Source of the DNA: Mesotaenium endlicherianum
Taxonomy: Eukaryota
Reading direction: 5' to 3'
Assembly (NCBI GenBank): GCA_009602735.1
Contig: WELA01001054.1
Location: 100,853 to 153,943 of the forward strand
Length of the DNA stretch: 53,091 nt
Part shown: in pieces, positions 1-10,900 of the stretch
Layout of the letters: each line of letters opens with the position of its first letter
Numbering within the stretch: position 1 is the first letter of the stretch
Notes under the pieces: generated by a model
Database searches by the model: none
Told to the model about the DNA's origin: nothing
What the model saw: the letters and a program-made list of their open reading frames with translations, nothing else
Position numbers and translations under genes: made by a program

Positions 1-395
1 CGGGGGCAAGGGCGGGGTGGGGGGGGGGGGACAATAAGGAGGGGAGCAGAGGGGATACTGGGGTTGGATGTGGAGCGATATTCTGAGGCCCAGACTCGCG
101 ACGGCCGACAGCGGCAGTCTCCTGCCCCAGTGCCCCAATTTCGTGTTCTGCGCTCACGGCACGCACTCGTCTGTCTGGAGAGGGGGGTGGGGGGGGACGA
201 GGGTGTTACTGGTGGTGACCTTGGCTGGACACGAGAGCAGCAATCTGCACACACGCACTTGCCCTCCGGCGCAGCACGGCTGCCGATGTGACATGTAGAA
301 CGCTGGCGAGGCTGCCGTCGGCTTGAGGCTGTCCTCCAAGTTTTGCGCCGTTACGCTCATAGGTTACCGTGTGCGCAGACGCGCGCACTCACAGG

Positions 396-414
396 CACAC
401 ACACACACACACAC

Positions 415-448
<34 letters not shown>

Positions 449-548
449 CGCACATCTCTGCACACTCACACATATACACCTCACGCACACATCTCTCTCC
501 CTCACACACACACGCGCACACACCCGCGCACACTCACTCATGCACACA
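396..548. repeat. (CA)n-rich compound microsatellite in SCAR intron
   Basis: Directly visible CACACA runs with CG/CT interruptions just upstream of the acceptor at 574. Confidence 0.9.
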
Positions 549-574
549 CGTACGGGTGCATGTGGGGGCGGCAG

Positions 575-1900
575 GGGTGGAGTGGCGGGCAAGTGTGCAC
601 ACGGAGCAGAACCACTTCTCGCGGGGGGACCCGCCCGCCTTTGTGGTGGACGCCTACAAGGGCTGTCGCGCGTCGCCCCAGCTGTCGCAGCTCGACCGGT
701 GCGCGCGCGCTTGCTCTTACCCCGCCTCCTCCTGCAAAGCCTCTCGCCCCCCTGCTCTACCATGCCTGGGGGTGTCCACCTGCACTCGCTGCTGCTCCGT
801 TCTTTCGCCAACTGGCTGCTGCTTGGCTGCCGCCCGGACCACGCCTGACCTAACCTCGCTTGGCCTTGCTGAGCTTAGCCTACCCTACCTTCCGAGCCTA
901 CCTGGCCTAGCCTGGCGATGGCCTAGTCTAGCCTAGCCAGTGGCCGTCCACTTGGAGCTCTGGCGTTGCTGTGCAGAGCCAGGTGCCATGAGATGCCAGG
1001 TGCCTGTGGTGGGAGGGGAGCGAGGGTGACCTAGCTGGCTGGGGAAGCAGGCCGCGCTGGCCAGCCAGCTGGAGAAGGACACCTGTCAACTCGATCTGCT
1101 CTGTCCTGCTTCTGGCTGGGCTTTGGGGGGGGGGGGAGAGGGGGTGTCCTGCTGCTGACATGCCATAAATGGGGGAGGGCGGGCGCTGCAGGTTCCACGG
1201 CGGGACAGCTGGCGCTTGCATGAGGCGGTACAGCGACCCGTCCTTCTTGAAGCGCGAGTGGGCCAAGGCTGAGCTTGCAAAGGCGCGCATCGACCGGCAG
1301 GCTCGCCAGGAAGAAGTGAGCGCCGTCTGCCGCCCGCCGCCCGCTCCATCCCCTGCATCCCTGCCCCCCTACCCGCCTACACCTAAGACCCCTAGACCCC
1401 TAGACCCCTAGACCCCAAGGCCCCTAGACCCCCTCCCTTGCCACTCGAGGCGAGCCCTCGCGTTTGAGCTTGTGGGGGGGCTAGTAGAGGTGGCGTCATC
1501 AGTCAGAGGAGTGAGAGGACACTCATGCAGCAGCGCAGCAGCTTCTCATTGTCAGATGCGTGCTCTGGCATGTTGCCATGTGGCATCGCGCGATCGAGCG
1601 GATGATGCGTGCCTGTGCTGATGCCAAGTGGCCGTTCCTGCAGCTCCCGGCTGGCCGATCATTCTTCCCAGCATCTGCTTCCGCTAGCTTCTGTGTCAGT
1701 ATTGTGATCTATTGCCGCTCTCTGTGCGTCCCTCTCCCTCTGCTAATGTGTGCCTGTCTGTGTGCATGTGTGCACGCGTGGGTGTGAGTGTGCGCGCTTG
1801 TGCGCATGTGTGAGGGGGACGGGAGTAAAGAGAAGGGGAGCCGTTGCTAAGTTCACTCCCATGCTGACAAGCTCCAACCCTGTTCTCCGCGCGCACGTGC

Positions 1901-1932
<32 letters not shown>

Positions 1933-4900
1933 GCGTGTGTGTCATGCGGGTGCGTTGTCCTCTCCTCCTCGGGGCGGCGGGGTTGCAGCGCAAGCAGAAG
2001 AGGCAGTCGCAGTCGCTGGGCAGCCCCAGTGCCAAGAGGGCGCAGCAGCAGCGCGCTGGCCACAGCCGCGAGTTCTCGCAGTCCTTCACGCCCACCGACC
2101 TCCCCCTGCTCCAGTGCGTTTCCACACCCCCCCCCCTCCCTCCTTCCATCCCGGGCGCTTTTCCCCCTTTTCCAACCCCTTCCCTCCCTGTAGTTGGACC
2201 CCTCTCGCTGCACTACCTCCAGGTTTAGCCGGGGGGGGTGGGGGGGGGCACGCCCCGCAGCTAGGGTGGCGGACTTCCGACGCCTTCTAAACAATGACAC
2301 TTTGGCGTGGGTAACGACTGCGACGGGAAGCGTTGGCACCGGCACCGCCTGTTCTGGTTGGGGCGAGAGCGTGGGCGTGTGCAAGACTGGCGGGGGAAGT
2401 CGCAGCTTGCTTCCTTCCTCCTCCCCCAAATACTAGCTGGCGGAGTGGCGATGATATCGACGCCTCAGCTGTGAATGGTGTTGCACATCAGTTGCTTGTC
2501 GCTTGAGCCTCTCCCCTCTTTCCCCACAGTTCTATACACGCACGCACACACGCACACGCACATACAGAGCACACGCACACGCAAGCCTCCTTCTTCTTCC
2601 GTCTGCCCTGCCTGGGCTATCCTGCTTGAGACGACATGCATCATGGGGGTGACGACGGTGGTCGACGCCTGATGTACTGCCAGCTGGCTGGCTTCCACGC
2701 CCCATGCTAGCATCGCTTCGCCTTGCACGCTCACACAGGGCTGGCGCGGTTGACTCCGGCTGGCCCTCTCCCGGGGAGGGATCGGTGCTGCTGTGACATC
2801 AGCTCAGTGGCAGCTGGGCTCACTTGCTATGCCAGAATGCTCGGCAGCCGTCTGCGGAGTCGTAAAGCGGAACCCGACTGCCGGACTGACAGCGCGCACG
2901 CCGGCGGCCGTCGCGTCGAGTGCCGACCATCCTGCGGGGAGCTCCTGCTCTGGCTCCGGCTCTGGCTCCGGCTCTGGCTTGCGCGGGGCGCCCGCCAGCT
3001 GCTTTGCTGCAGGCCCAGCAGCCACAGCGTGAGGTTCCGCTGTGTTGATCAATAGTCACGCATGGCAAGAGTGGGGGGTTGAGTGGGTGGGTGGGGGTGG
3101 ATGGGTGGGAGGGTAGATTGATATGGAGGGAGTGGTGAGCTGGCGATGTGGCTGGCTGTGCCAGCACGTTGCTGGGGAGAACAACGAGGGTGGGGGGTGT
3201 TGCTGAGGGGTAGTTCGGCTTCCCTGGGTCTGGCCATCTCAGATAAAGTCTCTGGTCTTTGGTGCTGGGTTGCAGCTACATTTCCGCCAGCTAAGCATTG
3301 TCGTGTTGCGCTTGTGGCGGCTGGGCTGTTGGGGGGGGGGGTTGCGGGGACCATGGGCTCGCTTGGGTGGCGCCAGCTCGCCGGCCGATCAGCGGGTCGC
3401 CAACATCATGTCGCAGTCAAGCTTCCAAGACGACCCGAGTTTCCAGAGGCCACCACACGGGGCCAGCTCTGCGGCAGGCATGGGGGGGGAGGGGTACGGC
3501 CTCAGCGGCCAAGGCCGGCACCAGGTGGCGCCCTCGCGGGAGCGCCAGCTGCCCGGCGCCGCCCGCAACAGCGGCCGCGGTGGAGGTGGCCTGGCCCGCA
3601 CGCAGTCTGACGCGGTGACTGCCACCCTGGCGCTGCAGCGGTACCTGTCTGACGCGTCCAGCCAGAGCGAGGACCGGCGCCCGAACCTGACGCCCGAGCG
3701 GCCAGGTCAGCAGCCAGGGCTGGCCCGCGTGCCAGGTGGCGCGGAGGCGGCGGCAGCAGGCGCCGACAAGAAGAAAAAGAAGAAGGGGGCTGCGGCGGCG
3801 GCCGCGGCGGCGGACGGCGGGCGCGCGTTCGTGCGCAGCAAGACCATGCACGCGCATGTGGCGGCCCCGGCTGACGGGTTTGACGACGAGAGCGACAGCG
3901 ACGGCAACACCCTCGCGCCGCGCAGGCGCCCGAGCGGGAGCGGGGGCGGCAGCGGCGGCGCCGTCGACCCCCTGACGCTCCTGAGGCAGGATCCTGGGGC
4001 ATTTGTCCAGGACTGGGTGAGGCGCGGGCATGACGCTCCGGGCGAGCGGGGGTGGGTGGGCGGCGGGGGTGGCAGGCAGCATCAGCAGCAGCAGCAGCAG
4101 CAGCTGGAGGACAGGAGGGCTGCCGGCGGCGGAGGCAGAGGCGGGGGAGGAGGAGGAGGAGAGAGAGGAGGCGCTCATCATCACGAGAGGAGGGAGAGCG
4201 CGTCGCAGATAACGCCGCTGTTTGGCGACGGGGCGGGAGGGGGGCTGCCGGACACACCCCGCACGGACTCCACGCTGCTCACGCAGGACGACACGCCGCG
4301 CACGGACTCGCTGGCGTCGTCCACGCCCTTCTGGCGCACCGCCTACGAGCGCGGGGGGCCCAGCTTCCTGCACGACGCGGGCGGCGGCGGCGGCGCCCTC
4401 CTGAGCGCGGAGGAGCACCAGCGGCAGCAGCAGAGGCAGCGGGGGGAGAGGGAGGAGGAAGAGGAGGACAGCGACGGCGACGGGGTGGTGCTCAAGGGGC
4501 TGCGGCACAAGGATAGCGAGCAGCAGGCGGCGGAGGAGGAGGAGGAGGAGCGGCAGCGGGCGCAGGGGCAGGGGCGGCTGTACGGCCGCTCCAACGGCGC
4601 CGCGGCAGCCCCGCCACAGCAGCAGCAACAGCAGCAGCAGCAGCGGCAAAGAGCAGGCGTGGGCGCGGTTGCGGGAAGGCTCGCCGGCCGCGGGCATGCC
4701 AGGCGTGCTTCTTACGACTTGGCTGACATGACAATGGCAATGGGCGCAGCCGACGAGGACGCGGCGGCGGCGGCGGAGCACGGCAGGGCAGGCCTGACAG
4801 CTGGCAGGCACGGGGCTGGAGCGCGTGAGGCAAGGCCTCCTGGCGGGCCTGCCAGAGCGGCCTCCTCCCAGGGCAGGATGCCCGACTACCTGCCTCCCAA

Positions 4901-7900
4901 GCGGCTGCCACCTGGCGGGGCGGGGGCGGGCGGGGGCCTGAGGCGCCAGATGTCGGCCGACCACGCGCAGCTCCTGTTGCGCCACGAGGCTCCGGGGCTG
5001 CCAGCTGGCAGGGAGGGCAGGCAACAGCAGGCGCGCGGGGCCGGGTTATTGCGCTCGAGCTCTGTGGAAGTCAGACAGCAGGACCTGGAGACGCCGAGAG
5101 ATCCCAACGCGGTGCCACTTGTCGCTCCGGCGGAGCCCCCCAAGATCTTGAGGCCGTTCTGGGGCCAGGGGCTGGAGGCCTGGCCAGATCAGCCCTCCCC
5201 CATCACCCCCCTCCCCCAAGCCGCCCTCCCCCCCGAGGCTGCTTCCCCGGGCAAGGACCCAACCCCAAACATGCGCGGCCACCTGCCGTCCATTCAGGAA
5301 GACGGGCGGGCGGCAGCAGCGGCGGCTGCGGCAGCATCCTTGGGGCACCTGCGCTCGTCTCTTTCCGCGGATGACCTGACCCGGCTGACGTCTGCGCGCG
5401 AGCTGGCGCAGGAGCAGGCGGGCGGCGCCGCGTGGGCGGGCGGCCCCGCGCCGCCCGCCCCCCTGCTGAACTGGAAGCACAAGATCCGCGTGCCGCCGCC
5501 ACTTGTCATCAGCTCCAGCAACTTCGCCTCGCCCACCAACTCCACGCCGTCCGTGGCCTCTGCACGAGCCACACCCTCAGAACGCGCTGTGCCGCCCGCT
5601 GCCGCCCCCCCCAACCGCGCCTCAGCCGGGGCTGCTGCTGCTGCTGCTCCCAGAGGGGCAGCAGCAGGAGTAGGAGCAGGAGCAGGAGCAGGGGCAGGAA
5701 CAGGAGCAGGAGCAGGGGCAGGAACAGGGGCAGGGGCAGGAACAGGGGCAGGGGCAGGGGCAGGGGCAGGGGCAGGGGCAGGGGCAGGGGCAGGAGCAGG
5801 AGCAGTGCGGAAAGCGGGGGCCCAGCAGCAGCACCAGCAGCAGCAGCAGCAGCTTGCCAGGCCGAAACCTGCACCTTCTTCCTCTTCAGCCTCTACCAGC
5901 GCTGCTGACGCCAGGATCTCAAACGTGGGCCAGCCGGGCGGGAGGGAGAAGATGCCCGGGCCGGACCAGATCCCGAGCCTGGGGTCCTTCAGCCCCGGGG
6001 CAGGTCCTGCGCCCAGGGGGGGGGGCCTGGGCCTGGCGAGGGCCTCCTCCTCCTCCTCCTCCTCCTTAGGGAGAGGCGCTGTTGGGCCAGAGCAGCAGCA
6101 GCAGCAGTCGCAGAGCAAGAGCGGTGGCAGGATCGTCAGCAGCAAGAGCCTGGGCAGCAGCAGGGGGGGGGGGCGGTTTGCGGCGGAGGCGGGCAGCGCA
6201 GAGCTGGACATGCAGCAGCGCCTGTTTGTGAAGCAGCACTCCATCCACATCTCCTCGCCCATGCTGCGCGACCTCACCGCGGGCCTCCCCGGCTTCGAGG
6301 GCGGGGGCGGGGCCAAGGGCGAGGGCGAAAGCGAGGAGGGCGAGGAGGGTGCGGCCTCGGCGGCGCGATCGAATGCCGAGAAGAGAGCCTCTGCATCTGC
6401 CTCCGGCGCTGTGGGAGGTCACGGTCCGGGCGCCGTCGAGGGCGGCGGGGGAGCGGCGGCCAAGGGCCAAGTGACAGGTGGCGGCGGCGGCGGCGCTGGG
6501 GACCAGCGGGCGGGCGACGCGCAGGGGCGACGGGAGGTTGCGCCTCCGGGGAGCGCGCGCGTGCTTACAAAGCGGGTCAGCTTCAGTGAGGAGCCTGCTG
6601 CTGCCGCTGCTGCTGCTGCCGGGGGGGGGGGCGGGGGGGGGGCTCCATCATGCGCACTAAGAGCATGCCCCTGGGAGCGCTGGCGAAAGTGGTGCCGCCA
6701 GGTGGCAAGCTGGCGGCAGGGGCCGGCAGCGACTGGTCGAGCGAGCTGTTCACGTTCTCGTCCTCGCCCACAACGCCCCAGGAGGGGGCCGCGGGGCAGG
6801 TGGCGAAGGCCGAGCGGTCCTCGTCGTCGCCCTCGCGGGGCCTGTTGGATTCACCTGAGCCCGTGAAGAACTGGAGAAGGAGACGAAAGTCCGCCACGCA
6901 GGCCCGCCTGCCGGACTTCCCGAAGCTGAGGTCGCCCGCCGGGTCCAGGAGGAGCGCAGCCTCGGGCCTGGCTCGGCAGTCCTCCCTGACCATTGCCGCA
7001 GCGGCAGGCTCGGGCCACATCAGCAGCAGCAGCAGCGGCGTTGGCATCAGCGTCTCAAACGAGCGCAGGCTGATAGAAAAGAGCGTGTCGTTCTCTTCTG
7101 GCACCTCCCCCCCTCAGCCAATGGGCAGCCTCAGCAACTCGCAGAGGGCCCATAGCGACGCAGCAGCAGCCGCAGCAGCAGCGAGGAGCCCGGCCTCCTT
7201 TCTGGGGCAGGCGCCAGGTGGCATCCTTCGAGCACCCTCGCCCGCAAAGCTGACGAGGCGGCTGTCGTATGACACGGGCAACGGGAGCAAGGGGGCGCTG
7301 GAGGCGGCGCTCGCTGCCGCCCAGGCTGAGGTGGCGGCCCTGGAGGCCAGCCTGGCAGCCGCCCAGAGCACCGTCGTGAAGGAGAGGGTCAGCCTGAACA
7401 GAAGCCAGTCGTCCGGCGCTGACATGGCGCTCGGCGCGTGGTCCCCTCAGAACGAGCAGCTGGAACCGCCCCAGCCCCTCCTGGCCTGCGAGAAGCCGCC
7501 AGCTGGCGGCCAGGCCCAGGACTCGTTCTGGGGCAACAAGGAAGTCCTGGATAAGATTTGGGAGGACATCCAGGCGCGCCAGCGCGCCGTGGCTGCCGCC
7601 CGGAGGCTCAGCGAGCCCGAGTCCAGCCTAGGTCTGTACCAGGTTCGGGAGAGGCCTGGCAGGGGCCGGGAGAGCACTGACGACAGCGGGCAGCTCTCAG
7701 CTGACAAGAGGCACGGGAGCGGAGAAGTTCGGGAGGAGGCTCGGGAGGAGGAGAGGGCCGCCGTTGCCAGAGCGGCTGCGGACGCCGCGAGCAAGAACCA
7801 GCTGCGAGATGTGTTGGCGTCGGTGTCAGCGTCGACGTCGGCATCGGCATTATCCTCCTTGCCAATGAAGGCACGCGTGGCTGCCATCTCTTCAGCCTCT

Positions 7901-10900
7901 TCCTCCATGGCCGGGGCTGGTGCCCTTGCCGGCCCCCTGCGCTTGTGGGAGGGAGCTGAGGAGGGCTCGCAGCGCCGCTTGTCATCGTCGTCGTCGTCGC
8001 CGCCGCCGTCTGCGGCGGCCACGACGGCGGCGGCAGTGCCGGCGCCGGCTTCGGCGGCTGCAAGTGGCGCATCCTCCATGCAGCCCCAGCACCGCCGCTT
8101 CGGCTCCGAGCTCTCGTTTGCCGCGACCGACAGTGGGGGCGAGAGCGACACCGAGGCCTCCGGCGGTGGCGGCAAGGGGGATGCTGCACTGCAGCCGCTG
8201 ACGGCGACAGAGTCGGCGGCACTGCTGCTGCAGGGGAGGAAGACGCAGAGTGCCCCCGTCGCAGGCGGCGGAGGTGGAGGCGGCAGCAGCAACCCTCTGC
8301 TGCAGACGCGCCGCCCGCCCGCGCTTGTCCTCACCTCGCCGGCTACCGCGTCGCCGCCCGGCCTCCCTGTCAAGCCCGCCGATGACGACGCCTCCTCCAC
8401 CGACTGGTCGCAGTCCCCGAGCCCCGCCGACGCGCCAGGTGGCGGCGCTGTGCTGGCGTTCCCCAGCCCCTCCCGGCTCGCCGCCGCCCAGTTCCAGCTG
8501 CTCGCCGCCCAGCCCGCCAAGGCCAGCAGCGTCGAGTTTGACCTCCTGGGATCCAACCTGGGACTCAACCAGGAGGCTCCCAACGAGGCCTTTCTGTCCC
8601 CGCGCATGGGTGGGGCGGGACAGGGCCCCGCGTCGGCGTCGGCGTCGGGGTCGGCACCAGCCGTGCAGAGGGGGCCGGAGAGCCCGTGGGTGGCACGCCT
8701 GCTTGGGCCTGCCAGCAGGGTGCCAGGTGGCGAGTGGGAGCGGAGTGTCCCTGAATTTGCCTTGCTGCCTGGGGACGTGGCGGCAAGAGGGGCAAGCACC
8801 ACGCCCCTGCCTGGAGAGCTTTCCAGCAGCAGCAGCAGCAGCAGGCAGGCTGCGGCAGCAGTGGGGACGGGGGCTGGCTCTGGCGCAGGCAAGCGCGGGG
8901 CCAAGGCGCCGGCAGCCGTGGTGGCGGCAAAGGAGGAGGAGGAGGACACAGAAGCGGCAGTTGTGGCAGCAGCAGGGCCTGGCAGGCACGCGCAACACAG
9001 CGTTGGCAAGCGAGCAGGTCAGAGGGGAGAGGGCGGGGCCGGCAAGGGGGAGGACAACGACGACATTGACAGGTACTGGGAGGATGACAATGAGGATGAT
9101 GGTGCCAAGAGGTTCCAAGAGCAACAGCCGCAGCAGCCGCAGCAGCAGGACAGCTGGCAGCAGCTGGGGCAGGCCCCGGCCGAATCCGGTAGAGCCCGGC
9201 CCCTGGAGGCGGAGAAAAGAGGAGCAAAGGAGGGCAGGCTCAAAGCTTACCCCGGGTCGCCAATGGGAGGGGGCGGAGGGGCGCTGCTGTCGCCGCCCCT
9301 CACTGCGCCCCCCATTCCTCCGGCCCTCCCCTCCCCACCTCCTGCCGGCGCCGTGTTTGTCTCTCCCCTGGTGCCGCCTCCCATCCCGCCACGTGTCCCC
9401 CCACCCATCCCACCTGCGATGCCCTCGCCCTTATCGTCGCCCGCAATCAGCTCTGCTGTCGATCCCGACGGCGCTGTTGCCACGGCGCCAGGTGGCCCTC
9501 TCACCCCATCCTATGCACCGCCCCCACTTCTGCCTCCCCCTCCTGTCCCCCCACCACTCCCAACCCCTCCCCCTTCTCTTTCTCCACCTGGCCAGCCGCT
9601 GGCCCCCGCAGGCCCCGAGCGCGCCAGTTCAGCAGGCAAGCCTGACGAAGAGGACCTTTTGGAGGCAGGGGAGGCAGGCACCACACGGGGAGCAGGAACA
9701 GGCGAGGAAGAGCAGGAAGGCCCGAAGGGGAGAGCGCCATCGCTATCGCCATCTCTGTCATTGTCATCCACGTCAGCTCTCTCTGCGGCCTCTCGGGCGA
9801 CACCGCCGCCGCTTCCCCCGCGCCCCTACTCTGACGACGAAGACAGCAGTGACAGCAACGGCGAGGAGGGGGGCGGGGAGGCTGCCAGCCGCGTCGGCCC
9901 CTCCTCGTCCTCGCCCTCCCTCTCGCGCTCTCCCAGCCCGCCACTTGCGCTGCCGCACGGGCACGGCAGCAGCAGTACCCTCTCCTCAGCGGCAGAAGAG
10001 GACCTCACGCCCTCCGCAAGTATCCCCCCCAGCAGTGCCCCTCCCCGCCCTCCCCCCCNNNNNNNNNNNNNNNNNNNNNNNNNNNNNNNNNNNNNNNNNN
10101 NNNNNNNNNNNNNNNNNNNNNNNNNNNNNNNNNNNNNNNNNNNNNNNNNNNNNNNNNNNNNNNNNNNNNNNNNNNNNNNNNNNNNNNNNNNNNNNNNNNN
10201 NNNNNNNNNNNNNNNNNNNNNNNNNNNNNNNNNNNNNNNNNNNNNNNNNNNNNNNNNNNNNNNNNNNNNNNNNNNNNNNNNNNNNNNNNNNNNNNNNNNN
10301 NNNNNNNNNNNNNNNNNNNNNNNNNNNNNNNNNNNNNNNNNNNNNNNNNNNNNNNNNNNNNNNNNNNNNNNNNNNNNNNNNNNNNNNNNNNNNNNNNNNN
10401 NNNNNNNNNNNNNNNNNNNNNNNNNNNNNNNNNNNNNNNNNNNNNNNNNNNNNNNNNNNNNNNNNNNNNNNNNNNNNNNNNNNNNNNNNNNNNNNNNNNN
10501 NNNNNNNNNNNNNNNNNNNNNNNNNNNNNNNNNNNNNNNNNNNNNNNNNNNNNNNNNNNNNNNNNNNNNNNNNNNNNNNNNNNNNNNNNNNNNNNNNNNN
10601 NNNNNNNNNNNNNNNNNNNNNNNNNNNNNNNNNNNCCCCCCCTCCCCCTCCTCCCCCGCTGGCACCCAGGGGAGACTCGTCGCAGGAGGCGCCGCTGCCG
10701 CCACGCAAGAAGGGCGTGCTCAGCCGGGGAGGCGGCGGCAGCAGCAAGGAGCTTCTGTCCGCCATCCAAGCTCACGACAAGAAGCAGGTAAGGCCCGGGG
10801 CGACGGCCCGCTGAGCCGCCACGTGGCGGCCTCTGAGAGGAGGGCGGGCAGGCGCTGTGGCGCGTGGTTCCTCTTTCTCCCCCCCCTTCTTGTCCGTTAG

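Noticed and set aside
323..853. His/Thr- and Cys/Val-rich ORFs here and at other (CA)/(TG) tracts
   Set aside because: Translations of intronic dinucleotide microsatellites.
2265..2289. Intronic inverted near-copy (about 20/23 nt) of SCAR exon sequence at about 6875-6897, both reading RRRRKSAT
   Set aside because: A rough estimate gives on the order of one such match by chance in a 53-kb self-comparison.
7447..9009. Long antisense and alternate-frame ORFs over the SCAR exon (also 3417-5024, 5294-6316, and 8250-10058)
   Set aside because: Stop-codon scarcity in very GC-rich coding DNA; shadow ORFs.
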